64,000 bases of DNA from an uncultured Oscillospiraceae bacterium. Its GTDB lineage: Bacteria; Bacillota; Clostridia; Christensenellales; Aristaeellaceae. Below are positions 1-9,874 of this stretch, piece by piece. A program made the translations under genes and the position numbers. A model generated the notes under the pieces. The model did no database searches. It saw only the letters and a list, made by a program, of their open reading frames with translations, and had not been told where the DNA came from. The stretch is taken from contig CAZDEF010000001.1 of the NCBI GenBank assembly GCA_964504385.1, forward strand, positions 294-64,293, read 5' to 3'. How positions within the stretch are numbered: the stretch's first letter is position 1; the number at the start of each line of letters is the position of its first letter.

Positions 1-1
1 G

Positions 2-1083
<1,082 letters not shown>

Positions 1084-1126
1084 CCTCGCCGTCAGTTTGG
1101 ATCGTTCCCCCATTTTTTCAAAACAC

Positions 1127-1176
1127 AAGCAGCCCGTGGATCCGTCTTTTGAACGGTCACGGGCTGCTTTGTTTGG
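1127..1176. terminator. GC-rich hairpin between convergent atpC and the glycosyltransferase gene
   Basis: aagcagcccgtg (1127-1138) pairs with cacgggctgctt (1158-1169), followed by ttgttt. Confidence 0.55.
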
Positions 1177-1181
1177 ATCCA

Positions 1182-2354
1182 TCAGCAAAGCGACAGGATC
1201 TTGTCCGCCGCTCCGGCAGCGCCGCTGCACTGGCGGAAGCCATCACCGATGGACTGCGCATTCTGAGCGTAGGAGGGGGTATTTAGTAGTTTTTCAAGCG
1301 AGGCTCGTATTCCTTCAACCGAAGCATCTTTCAGCCAAATACCGGCCTCCAGCTGTGAAATGCGTGCGGCCACGCCCTTTTGCTCCGATGTTTGAGGATA
1401 CATCAGCAGGGGTACGCCAAAATACAGTGCTTCGCTGGCGCTGTTCATGCCGCAATGCGACAGAAAGGCGTCTGCCTGTGCAAGCACGGCGATCTGATCC
1501 ACCTGCGCATGCACATGGATCTGCTCCGGCCATTCGCCAAGCAGCGCCAGATCCGCCTGCTGCCCAACGGCCAGTACCGCCTCGCAGTCCATCTGGCGCA
1601 GCGCCTGGATGCATCTGCGGTACAGCGGTATCATATCATTGTTGACCGTCCCCATCGACACATACACCATTTTATGCCTCCGCTTCAAATAGGGCTGTTC
1701 TACAGGGCGGATGGATGGCCCCACAAAAGCAAAGCGTTCTGGCGGAAACGTGTCGGCGCAAGGCTGAAACTGCGGCGAGGTATACACGATCGTGTGCGTA
1801 TGCTCATCGCTCTGTATCAGCTCCAGCACGGAGTGGATGGGATATCCATTCCGCTGCAAACGCCTGAGCTCGCGTTTCAAGCGTGGCAAGGCAAGCAGCA
1901 AGCTGAAGACCTGCTTGCCATCCTGCGGCATGATCCGCGCTGAATAGCGGTTAAACGCAAAGGTGGTCGTTGAGCACACAAACGGGATCCCCAGCTTTTG
2001 GGCGATCGCTTTGCCCCACACCGCCATGGAATCCGCCACGATGCAATCCGGTTGCAGCGTCTGCAGCTCCGCACACACAGGATCGTTCAGTGCAAGCGTG
2101 GTATCCACCAGCACCTTGATGGACAGCTCGATATCTGCCCCCACTCTGGCTGCCTGCTTTGGCGTCAGCCTCTTCTCTGCATCAAAGCGGTCACAGGCCA
2201 TAAAACGTGCACCGGCAGCTTCGATCTTTTCGCGCATCATCTCGTAAGAATAATACCACACTTCGTGGCCTCGGTTCACCAGTTCCCGCACCACGCCCAG
2301 CGTAGGATTGGTGTGGCCATGCGCAGGAATGCAAAAAAACACGATCTTAGCCAT
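1182..2354 (-). CDS. GT1-family glycosyltransferase, MGT (macrolide/UDP-glucosyltransferase-like) type
   Basis: 390 aa. N-terminus MAKIVFFCIPAHGHTNPTLGVVRELVNRGHEV and C-terminal HCGMNSASEALYFGVPLLMYPQTSEQ match the GT1/MGT donor-binding signature. Confidence 0.85.
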   Translation of the reverse strand: MAKIVFFCIPAHGHTNPTLGVVRELVNRGHEVWYYSYEMMREKIEAAGARFMACDRFDAEKRLTPKQAARVGADIELSIKVLVDTTLALNDPVCAELQTLQPDCIVADSMAVWGKAIAQKLGIPFVCSTTTFAFNRYSARIMPQDGKQVFSLLLALPRLKRELRRLQRNGYPIHSVLELIQSDEHTHTIVYTSPQFQPCADTFPPERFAFVGPSIRPVEQPYLKRRHKMVYVSMGTVNNDMIPLYRRCIQALRQMDCEAVLAVGQQADLALLGEWPEQIHVHAQVDQIAVLAQADAFLSHCGMNSASEALYFGVPLLMYPQTSEQKGVAARISQLEAGIWLKDASVEGIRASLEKLLNTPSYAQNAQSIGDGFRQCSGAAGAADKILSLC

Positions 2355-2580
2355 TCGGCTCCTCCTTGCTTTCCGCTGCCATCACTTCAAAAAGCCTGTT
2401 CATGTGCTGATCCCGCAGGCGTTTGGGCGGGATGGCGATGCCGCGCTCCTCATCCCCCAGCACCAGAATGGATTCTCCGGGCTTGAAATCAAAGAGCTCC
2501 CGCGCTTCCTTCGGGATGACAAACTGTCCTTTTTCCCCGATCTTGACGATCCATGCATGCTTGCCTTTGGGCATCTCCAT
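2347..2580 (-). CDS. AbrB/MazE/SpoVT-family DNA-binding protein
   Basis: 77 aa. KIGEKGQFVIPKEARELFDFKPGESILVL is a SpoVT-AbrB looped-hinge motif. SD GGGAGGAG lies upstream. The gene overlaps the glycosyltransferase start by 8 nt. Confidence 0.8.
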   Translation of the reverse strand: MEMPKGKHAWIVKIGEKGQFVIPKEARELFDFKPGESILVLGDEERGIAIPPKRLRDQHMNRLFEVMAAESKEEPNG

Positions 2581-2616
2581 GGCGACCCGCTCCTCCCAGT
2601 ATGATCATTCATACAA

Positions 2617-2645
2617 ATCATACTCCGTTTGTGAACAAATGTCAA
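2617..2645 (-). promoter_or_regulatory. Sigma-A type promoter for the abrB-like/GT operon
   Basis: Minus strand reads TTGACA (2645-2640), a 17-nt spacer, then TATGAT (2622-2617). The spacer contains a small dyad TTTGT-n2-ACAAA. Confidence 0.5.
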
Positions 2646-2680
2646 TTCCCAGCCATCAACAGCTTCAGCTCAACCACAGA

Positions 2681-2722
2681 AAGCAGCAAAACCGCCCGAT
2701 GCTTCCTCGTCATCGGGCGGTT
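2681..2722 (-). terminator. Intrinsic terminator downstream of the tfoX-like gene
   Basis: aaccgcccgatg (2690-2701) pairs with catcgggcggtt (2711-2722). On the minus strand it is followed by TTTTGCTGCTTT. Confidence 0.5.
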
Positions 2723-2737
2723 CTTAACGCTGTCGTC

Positions 2738-3046
2738 CTATTTCTTTGGGGCAGTAAGCTCGTCATACATAGCCTGAAACAGCTGTCTCAAGAATTCCTT
2801 GTTATCCACATCGTCCACCCGTAGCATCGGCTTCGCCCCTTCATAAGGCGCTTCGCGAATTGCATCCGGCATCAGAGAAAGCGCGGCCCGAACCGGCTTG
2901 ACAAGTAGCCGGTCATCATATATGCCCCCAACGATCCGTCCGCGATCATAGAGGATATACTCGCCCATCATTGCTCGATAGGTGATCTCTCCCGTTCCGG
3001 AAAGCTGCTCCAATATAAAATCCAAATACCCTTTGCTTGAAGCCAT
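2738..3046 (-). CDS. TfoX N-terminal domain family protein
   Basis: MASSKGYLDFILEQLSGTGEITYRAMMGEYILYDRGRIVGGIYDDRLLVKP resembles the TfoX_N fold family. Start was chosen at the internal ATG 3046. Confidence 0.65.
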   Translation of the reverse strand: MASSKGYLDFILEQLSGTGEITYRAMMGEYILYDRGRIVGGIYDDRLLVKPVRAALSLMPDAIREAPYEGAKPMLRVDDVDNKEFLRQLFQAMYDELTAPKK

Positions 3047-3074
3047 ATTCCACCTCACCAAACTGAAAGCAAGC

Positions 3075-3110
3075 AAAAACCACCCGTCCCTTTTCGTTCG
3101 GATGGTTTTT
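3075..3110 (-). terminator. Probable terminator after galE
   Basis: Minus strand reads aaaaaccatccg, a loop, then cgggtggttttt, followed by gcttgcttt. The stem has one mismatch. Confidence 0.4.
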
Positions 3111-3163
3111 GACGTGTCATTTCAGCTTTTTGATTCTTTCTGCCGCCGCTTGGCGGGCAGGGA

Positions 3164-4177
3164 TCAATCGCGATAGCCGTTCGGGTTCTGGCTCTGCCAG
3201 CGCCACGAATCGCGGCACATATCGTCCAGCGTCTTGCGGGCTACCCACCCCAGCTTCTCATGCGCCTTTTCAGCATTGGCATAGCAGCGCGCCACATCAC
3301 CCGGGCGGCGTTCCACAATGGTATAAGGAATCGGGATCCCATTCACACGCATGAAGGTGTTCACCAGATCCAGCACGCTGTAGCCAGTACCGGTGCCCAA
3401 ATTGAACACCTCGCAGCCTGTGTGGTTCAACAGATAGCCGCACGCGGACACCTGCCCCTGCGCCAGAACCACCACGTGGATGTAATCTCGCACGCCGGTA
3501 CCATCGCGGGTCTGGTAATCGTTGCCGAATACGCGCAGCTGCTGCAGCTTGCCGGAAGCCACCTGCGTGATGTAGGGCATCAGGTTGTTGGGGATCCCCA
3601 CGGGATCCTCGCCGATCAGGCCGCTTTCATGCGCGCCGATAGGATTGAAATAGCGCAGCAGTGCCACGGACCAGTCCGGGTTGGCATGCGCCACATCCTG
3701 CAGGATCTGCTCGTTCATGTACTTTGTCCAGCCGTAAGGGTTGGTGCAGCCGGTGGGCATGGTCTCCACCAGCGGCATATTGTCCGATACGCCATAGACA
3801 GTTGCAGAGGAGCTGAACACAATGCGCTTCACGCCGTGTTTGCGCATCACCTCGCACAGGGTAAGGGTGGAATCCAGATTGTTGCGGTAGTATTCCAGCG
3901 GTTTGGCCACGCTTTCCCCCACGGCCTTATATCCGGCAAAATGGATGACCGCGTCAAAAGCATGGGCTTCAAACACCTTTTCCAGCGTCTCGGCGTTGCA
4001 AACATCCACATTGTACCAGCATACCGGTTTTCCAGTGATGGTCTCCAGCCGCTCGATCACACGCTCGCTGGCGTTGTAGAAATTATCGGCAATCACGGCC
4101 TCGTGGCCGGCATTGAACAGTTCCACATAGGTATGGGACCCGATGAATCCGGCGCCGCCGGTAAGCAGGATCTTCAT
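3164..4177 (-). CDS. galE: UDP-glucose 4-epimerase
   Basis: 337 aa. MKILLTGGAGFIGSHT Rossmann motif, SSSATVYG, and a YxxxK region (PYGWTKYMNEQIL). Confidence 0.93.
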   Translation of the reverse strand: MKILLTGGAGFIGSHTYVELFNAGHEAVIADNFYNASERVIERLETITGKPVCWYNVDVCNAETLEKVFEAHAFDAVIHFAGYKAVGESVAKPLEYYRNNLDSTLTLCEVMRKHGVKRIVFSSSATVYGVSDNMPLVETMPTGCTNPYGWTKYMNEQILQDVAHANPDWSVALLRYFNPIGAHESGLIGEDPVGIPNNLMPYITQVASGKLQQLRVFGNDYQTRDGTGVRDYIHVVVLAQGQVSACGYLLNHTGCEVFNLGTGTGYSVLDLVNTFMRVNGIPIPYTIVERRPGDVARCYANAEKAHEKLGWVARKTLDDMCRDSWRWQSQNPNGYRD

Positions 4178-4197
4178 GGCAATTCTCCTTCTATCAC

Positions 4198-5100
4198 TCA
4201 GAACAGCTTTTCGGGATAGGTGCCGTTTTCATGCATCTTTTTCAGCTCGGCCTGCACATAGGGCTTATCTTCCTGATAGGTCACGCCAAACCACACCGCA
4301 TGGGTGGACAGCACGTCGATCTGCAAGTCTTCCTCATGCATCAGCTGATCCACCAGCACAGGCAGCACATACTCCGCCTTCATCTCATCGGGAGACAGCG
4401 AACGGAGGAACTTGTCAAAATGCTCCTGCGCCTTCACAAACAGCCACGGGGTAAAGCCGAAGAAGTTCATGCTCACCAAGCACTCGGGATCCAAGATCAC
4501 GCCCGCAGGATCCTTTTCAGTATCGCGGATGGTGCCGTCCGGGAAGGGCTGGATCTTATAGGTCTCCGTCACGGACTGCAGATGACCAGCTTCATCCACG
4601 GCGCACACGCCGCGGGTCACATGACCGTTTTCGCTTACGGTGTTCTTCAGATAGTAGCCCACCATGCAGCCATGCTTTTCATCATTCAGCTTTTCCAGAT
4701 GATTTGCCATGGTCTGGAATGCATCCGCGCCATAGTAGTCGTCGGCGTTCAGCACTGCAAAGGGCTCATGGATCAAATTCTTCGCCGAAAGGATGGCATG
4801 AACGGTGCCCAGCGGCTTCACGCGGTCTGCGGGAACCGTGCCCTCGGGCAGGTCGCTCAGCTCCTGAAACGCGTATTCGACCTGAATCTTATCCTTCACC
4901 AGATCGCCCACGCGGGTACGGAAGCTCTCCTCAAAGCTGTGCTTGATGATGAAAACGACCTTGGTAAAGCCCGCCTTGATCGCATCATAAATGGAATAGA
5001 GCATCAGCACTTCATTGTTGGGGCCCATGCCATCGATCTGCTTGTTTCCGCCGTAGCGGGATCCCATACCAGCTGCCATGATGAGTAAGGTTTTATCCAT
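4198..5100 (-). CDS. Sugar-1-phosphate nucleotidyltransferase family protein (UDP-hexose pyrophosphorylase-like)
   Basis: 300 aa. The N-terminal LIMAAGMGSRYGG motif is typical of the NTP_transferase fold. It sits 20 nt upstream of galE on the same strand. Confidence 0.75.
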   Translation of the reverse strand: MDKTLLIMAAGMGSRYGGNKQIDGMGPNNEVLMLYSIYDAIKAGFTKVVFIIKHSFEESFRTRVGDLVKDKIQVEYAFQELSDLPEGTVPADRVKPLGTVHAILSAKNLIHEPFAVLNADDYYGADAFQTMANHLEKLNDEKHGCMVGYYLKNTVSENGHVTRGVCAVDEAGHLQSVTETYKIQPFPDGTIRDTEKDPAGVILDPECLVSMNFFGFTPWLFVKAQEHFDKFLRSLSPDEMKAEYVLPVLVDQLMHEEDLQIDVLSTHAVWFGVTYQEDKPYVQAELKKMHENGTYPEKLF

Positions 5101-5163
5101 CTTTCATGATCCTTTCGTATCATATTTATTGGTGAACCCGTTTTGCCGGGGAAACCGATGGAT

Positions 5164-6609
5164 TTACAGCGCCGCACTCACAGGCGGCTGGCGCTTTCCG
5201 CTGCTTTTGCCGTGCTGCGCCTTGGGCTCCACACGCATTTCAGGGCAGTCCACCTGCTTGGTGCCAAAGCCCTCGGTGCTGTCGCGGCGGAAAAAGATCG
5301 TCAGCGTGCGCAGCAGCAGCTTGAAATCATATGCGAGCGAAAAGCTCTCGATGTACATCAGATCTAGAATCGCCTTGTCCTTCGGGCTGGTGTTGTACTT
5401 GCCTTCGATCTGCGCCAGACCAGTCAGACCCGCCTTCATCTGCTGACGGTAGCGGAATTCCGGCACCTCGCGGGTATAGCGATCCACATTCTCCAGCATC
5501 TCCGGCCGCGGGCCCACAAGGCTCATTTCGCCGCGCAGCACGTTGAGCAACTGCGGCAGCTCATCAATGCGGTACTTGCGCAGGAATCTGCCCACAGGCG
5601 TTACGCGGTCATCATCCTGCCGCGCAGATACATTGGCCGCATCCTCATACATCGTGCGGAATTTGATGATCTCAAACACCGTGCCGTTGAGCGTGGCGCG
5701 CTTCTGCTTGAACAGTACCGATCCGTTGCCGGACGCCTTCAGCACCAGCGTAGTGACCAGCATGATCGGGCTGGCGATGATCAACCCGACCAGACTGATG
5801 AGAATATCGCATGTCCGCTTGGCAAACAGCTGAAACAGCGTGGGCTGCATGCGATGAATGTGCAAAAACGGCGTATCATCCAGAATGGTGGGCTGAGCCG
5901 TAGAGATGATCACGTCTTCCAACTCCGCCAGCAGGTAGATGGTTTTGTTGTGCTTGTAGCAATAAGACTGCAGCAGCGCTTCCTCCGTATCCGGGATCCC
6001 GGCCAGAAAGATGACCTCGTGCTCCAGAATGGTCTTGCGCACATCGGGGCATTCATAGTGCACCACGTCCGTCAGCTTGTACTTGCGCTTATGCGTGCTC
6101 ATTTTGGCGGCCACATGCCGCGCCAGCTCCTGCGATGAGGTGATGATGCAGCAGTCCTGCGGCGGCGTAATGCGGAAATACACCGAATACCCTAGGCTGA
6201 CAAACAGATAGATGATCCCCAGCTGCAGCACGAAAGCCCCCGCCATCAGCGCCAGATCTTCGCTGACGAGGGTGAGAGTGGCGTTGGCCTCCGGGTTGTT
6301 GGGGTTGGTGTTCATGATCTGCAGGATCACATAGGTAATGGCATCGGTGAAAAAAGTGGAAAGCGAAATGCTGGCAAACACCGTGCGCTTTTTCTTGATA
6401 TCAATGTCGTAGCCGCCATACACGGCCGTCAGCAGCAGCATGGAGCAGAAAAAAGTGGCCATGGTAGCGGCTGCAGTACGGCTGAGGTTTAGAATGGCGG
6501 AGTTGGTGATGGACAGCATGCCGAAATAGGCAAGAAACAAAAACAGATACATCAATGCCTGAAAGCTGAGTTTCATCAGCTGCGTGGCATAAAAATGCTT
6601 GCGCTCCAT
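5164..6609 (-). CDS. Polyprenyl-phosphate hexose-1-phosphate transferase (WbaP/EpsE-type priming sugar transferase)
   Basis: The C-terminal domain has SPIMLVTTLVLKASGNGSVLFKQKRATLNGTVFEIIKFRTM...DDRVTPVGRFLRKYRIDELPQLLNVLRGEMSLVGPRP, the bacterial sugar transferase signature. The N-terminus has multiple TM segments. Start chosen at ATG 6609 (MERKHFY), downstream of a good promoter. Confidence 0.85.
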   Translation of the reverse strand: MERKHFYATQLMKLSFQALMYLFLFLAYFGMLSITNSAILNLSRTAAATMATFFCSMLLLTAVYGGYDIDIKKKRTVFASISLSTFFTDAITYVILQIMNTNPNNPEANATLTLVSEDLALMAGAFVLQLGIIYLFVSLGYSVYFRITPPQDCCIITSSQELARHVAAKMSTHKRKYKLTDVVHYECPDVRKTILEHEVIFLAGIPDTEEALLQSYCYKHNKTIYLLAELEDVIISTAQPTILDDTPFLHIHRMQPTLFQLFAKRTCDILISLVGLIIASPIMLVTTLVLKASGNGSVLFKQKRATLNGTVFEIIKFRTMYEDAANVSARQDDDRVTPVGRFLRKYRIDELPQLLNVLRGEMSLVGPRPEMLENVDRYTREVPEFRYRQQMKAGLTGLAQIEGKYNTSPKDKAILDLMYIESFSLAYDFKLLLRTLTIFFRRDSTEGFGTKQVDCPEMRVEPKAQHGKSSGKRQPPVSAAL

Positions 6610-6686
6610 ATCCAAAAGAGCCTCCAATGGCTGGAACACTGCGGCAAACAGGGCTGTTTTCACGCAGCGCCCAAAGATACAGTTTA

Positions 6687-6715
6687 AGCATAACACTTGT
6701 AACGGTCAGTGTCAA
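6687..6715 (-). promoter_or_regulatory. Sigma-A type promoter for the sugar-transferase operon
   Basis: Minus strand reads TTGACA (6715-6710), a 17-nt spacer, then TATGCT (6692-6687). Confidence 0.5.
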
Positions 6716-6737
6716 GATACGCGTTTTTTCCAAAAGG

Positions 6738-6771
6738 AACGCCATGTTTCCTTTTGCGGCAACATGGCGTT
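6738..6771 (-). terminator. Terminator ending the pgs/sda transcription unit
   Basis: aacgccatgtt (6738-6748) pairs with aacatggcgtt (6761-6771). On the minus strand it is followed by ccttttggaaaaaa. Confidence 0.5.
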
Positions 6772-6793
6772 TCGACGGGTTCATTTCGTATCT

Positions 6794-7666
6794 TTATCGA
6801 TTCACAGCGCTCATTTTCTCAGCAATTTTGGTGGCAAAGGGGGTACCAGCCACACCGCCCAGTCCTGTCTCGCGCAAGGACACATCCATCTTGTCGCCCA
6901 CATCGCGCATGGCCAAAATCACTTCATCCGGCGGCACAGCGGAACGGATCCCCGCCAGCGCCATGTCCGCGCTGCACATGGCCACCATCGCGCCGGCCGC
7001 ATTGCGCTTCACGCAAGGCACCTCCACCAGACCGGCGATGGGATCACACACCAGACCGAGCAGGCTCTTGAGGGCCATTGCCGCCGCATGGCACACAGCC
7101 TGCGCGCTGCCTCCGGCCAGATAGCACACTGCAGCAGCAGCCATGGCGCTGGCCGTGCCGATCTCGTACTGGCAGCCGCCCGCCGCCCCCGCGATGGATG
7201 CCTTGGTGGCGATGACCTGTCCGATGGCGCCCGCCACATACAGTGCGCGCACGATCGCATCATCGTCCAGTTTTTCGCGCTGCTGATACGGCAGCAGCAC
7301 TGCCGGCATCACCCCGCAGCTGCCCGCTGTGGGCGCAGCGACGATGCACTTCATGCAGGCGTTGTTCTCGCCCATCTCCAAGGCCTGTGAGATCACCTGA
7401 CCGATATACGGGCCGCAAATCGTACGCCCCTGTTCCACATAGGCGCGCATTTTTCCGCCGTCACCGCCCACCATGCCGCTGGCCGAACGCAGCGAGGCGC
7501 AATAGCCCGCAGCAGAGTGCTGCATGGCGGCAAACATCTCGCACATCCGTTCATAGGATTCCTCGGGCGTTACGCCCCGCTCCACGCAGTCGCTCTCGCG
7601 CACCACTTCAAACATATCACGCTGTTCGCATGCGCTTTCCAGCGCCGCAAGCGATTCAATGGCCAT
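6794..7666 (-). CDS. sdaAA: L-serine dehydratase, iron-sulfur dependent, alpha subunit
   Basis: 290 aa. CIVAAPTAGSCGVMPAVLL and AGGCQYEIGTASAMAAA match conserved alpha-chain motifs. Confidence 0.92.
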   Translation of the reverse strand: MAIESLAALESACEQRDMFEVVRESDCVERGVTPEESYERMCEMFAAMQHSAAGYCASLRSASGMVGGDGGKMRAYVEQGRTICGPYIGQVISQALEMGENNACMKCIVAAPTAGSCGVMPAVLLPYQQREKLDDDAIVRALYVAGAIGQVIATKASIAGAAGGCQYEIGTASAMAAAAVCYLAGGSAQAVCHAAAMALKSLLGLVCDPIAGLVEVPCVKRNAAGAMVAMCSADMALAGIRSAVPPDEVILAMRDVGDKMDVSLRETGLGGVAGTPFATKIAEKMSAVNR

Positions 7667-7683
7667 CTTTCTGCCTCCTTTTA

Positions 7684-8349
7684 TCAGCGGTCGCCCGAAA
7701 TAGCCGTCACGCCGATGATTCCTTCGATCTCTTTCATCCGCTGCAATGTATCCGCAGAAACGCTCTTGTCGGTTTCAATGATCATCACAGCGTTTCCGCC
7801 GGGATAGTCGCGGTGGATCTGCAGGGATGCGATGTTTACCTTTTCCTGCGCCAGCATGCCGGCCACACTTCCCACCATGCCGGGCTGATCGACATTCTGC
7901 ACGATCAGCGTAGGCAGATCGCCCGCAAACTTGACGTGCAGGCCATTGAGCTCCATCACCATGATGCGCCCGCCGCCCAGCGAGCAGGCTTCCACGCTCA
8001 GCTGCTTGCCGCTCTTGCCTTCCAGCTCCAGTCGGGCCGTATTGGGATGCTCGGCATTCAGCTTGGAATACTCAAACGCAAACGCCAGTCCATTCCCCTC
8101 TGCCCAGCGGAAACTGTCCGCGATCCGCTCGTCATTGGGCTTATAGCCCAGCAGACCGGCAATCAAAGCACGATCCGTGCCGTGGCCGCGGCCAGTCGCT
8201 GCAAACGAACCATACAGCGTGATCTTGGCTTTGCGCGGCGTGCCCTCTCCCAGCAAGCGCCGCGCCGTCAGTCCAATGCGGGCTGCGCCTGCGGTGTGCG
8301 AACTGCTGGGGCCGACCATGACAGGGCCCAGAATATCAAACAGGTTCAT
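7684..8349 (-). CDS. sdaAB: L-serine dehydratase, iron-sulfur dependent, beta subunit
   Basis: MNLFDILGPVMVGPSSSHTAGAARIG at the N-terminus plus a C-terminal ACT-like region. The ATG at 8349 overlaps the upstream stop (ATGA). Confidence 0.92.
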   Translation of the reverse strand: MNLFDILGPVMVGPSSSHTAGAARIGLTARRLLGEGTPRKAKITLYGSFAATGRGHGTDRALIAGLLGYKPNDERIADSFRWAEGNGLAFAFEYSKLNAEHPNTARLELEGKSGKQLSVEACSLGGGRIMVMELNGLHVKFAGDLPTLIVQNVDQPGMVGSVAGMLAQEKVNIASLQIHRDYPGGNAVMIIETDKSVSADTLQRMKEIEGIIGVTAISGDR

Positions 8350-9443
8350 TTGTATTCCCCTTTCTTTTTCGCCTTCCAGGCAAGGAACAGACAAAGCAGC
8401 GCACCCAGCAGGGCAGCTGCGGCATACCACGGCGATTGATACATGGTGTAGTACACGTCCGTCTCGCCCGGTTGTGTCAGCGGCACCGGGTCAAACGGCA
8501 GGCCGTTGTCCTCGGCCAATCCGCGCACATTCAGCAAATAGATCACCGGCACATTCCGCGCCGCGTATTCAAACACCAGTCCACGATCCTCATCCTGCGG
8601 TATGCGTGGCGGATCGGTCACAAGGCCGTTGGGAAAGGTGAGCGTATACGGGCTGGTGCCCATATTTGCGCTTGCGCCGCCCACATTCACAAAGCAGTCT
8701 ACTTCTTCACCGTAAAGCACCAGCCTTCGCTGAACCGATGCAGGGATGTCCGGTTCGTCAATCATCAGCAGTCCATCCATTTCGGCCATGGCGAAAATCA
8801 TTTCGCGCGAGCCGGGAAACAGAATGCTCACGCCTTGATCAAAGTCGCCCCCCGGCGATACGGCGATCAGTTCATAATCGATCGTTCCGGCTTTTCGTGC
8901 CACATCCAGTACGCGCACCACTGTCAGCTCCAGCCGCGTGCAGCCATACATGGAACTGCCGTAGGAAGCGATGACTCTCACGTTGAGATCCATCTCATTG
9001 GCCGCAGCAACAGCCGCCAGACACAATCCCGGAAACGAACCGCTCATGCCGCAGCACACGGTGTCTCCACTCTTCAGCCCGGCTTCCTGATAGTATTTCA
9101 CCATCAGTGCGGCAAAATCCGGCTGCAGCGCCGTCCGCTTGGCTTCCAGCAGACCCAGCGAGCTGGTCAGTTCCGTCCATTCAGGGCCGATCAGCCCCGT
9201 TTTGTTCAGGTCATCCTTCTCCATGGGAATGCCCTGTTCGGTCACATAATCCAGTAGCGCCTGCTCCGCGCGCGCCATGCGCTGCGCCGCCGCCAGCTGC
9301 ACGGCGGCGTAGGGCAATTCCGTGCGCATTTGCGTGCAGAGCGTAAGTGCAAAGCCGCACATCGAAACAGCCAAGGCAGCGCATAGCCACCGCAGGCAGT
9401 GCCCGTTCAACCTTCCGGCAAGGGGCAACGCTCCTTTTCTCAT
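8346..9443 (-). CDS. Poly-gamma-glutamate system protein (third component found with PgsB/PgsC when PgsA is absent)
   Basis: 365 aa with an N-terminal TM (LRWLCAALAVSMCGFALTLC) and a C-terminal TM (WYAAAALLGALLCLFLAW). Start ATG 9443 overlaps the pgsC stop (ATGA). The family assignment is from memory of the PgsB/C-associated family and needs an HMM check. Confidence 0.65.
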   Translation of the reverse strand: MRKGALPLAGRLNGHCLRWLCAALAVSMCGFALTLCTQMRTELPYAAVQLAAAQRMARAEQALLDYVTEQGIPMEKDDLNKTGLIGPEWTELTSSLGLLEAKRTALQPDFAALMVKYYQEAGLKSGDTVCCGMSGSFPGLCLAAVAAANEMDLNVRVIASYGSSMYGCTRLELTVVRVLDVARKAGTIDYELIAVSPGGDFDQGVSILFPGSREMIFAMAEMDGLLMIDEPDIPASVQRRLVLYGEEVDCFVNVGGASANMGTSPYTLTFPNGLVTDPPRIPQDEDRGLVFEYAARNVPVIYLLNVRGLAEDNGLPFDPVPLTQPGETDVYYTMYQSPWYAAAALLGALLCLFLAWKAKKKGEYK

Positions 9444-9874
9444 AGCGCGCTCACCGCCATCAGCAGCAGTCGCACCAGCGCCGAGGAGAGCAGCACCCCC
9501 AGCAGCGTGCGTGGCACGCCCTGCTTGTACATGTCGTTGGCAATCAAACCGGGCACTACATGGCCAATGATGCGAATGTCCTGCGGGATCAGCGCGATCC
9601 CCAGCAGGAACTGCTCTATCACCCATGCACAGATCAGGCTCAGCACAATGGTGAGCATAAAGCGCCGTCTGCCGTACAGGATAACGAAACGGGCAACCAG
9701 CCGCGTGAGCAGATAAACAATGACCGCCAGCACCAATGTAGTCACGATGCGCAGCGGCTGCTCCAGATACAGGCACAGATAGCCGGAAGATACCATGCCG
9801 CCGCACAGCAGTCCGAACGCCTCATAGATTCCAAAACTCAGCATCACACTGAGCGCAATGGCAATGTCATACAT
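9440..9874 (-). CDS. pgsC: Poly-gamma-glutamate biosynthesis membrane protein PgsC/CapC
   Basis: 144 aa, four hydrophobic helices. MYDIAIALSVMLSFGIYEAFGLLCGGMVSSGYL and VVPGLIANDMYKQG are CapC-like. Confidence 0.85.
   Translation of the reverse strand: MYDIAIALSVMLSFGIYEAFGLLCGGMVSSGYLCLYLEQPLRIVTTLVLAVIVYLLTRLVARFVILYGRRRFMLTIVLSLICAWVIEQFLLGIALIPQDIRIIGHVVPGLIANDMYKQGVPRTLLGVLLSSALVRLLLMAVSAL

Noticed and set aside
9444-9806. N-terminal 121-codon extension of ORF 8346-9806.
   Set aside because: It overlaps pgsC in another frame, and its translation is Arg/Ala/His-rich. The ATG at 9443 gives a TM-anchored N-terminus and ATGA coupling to pgsC.
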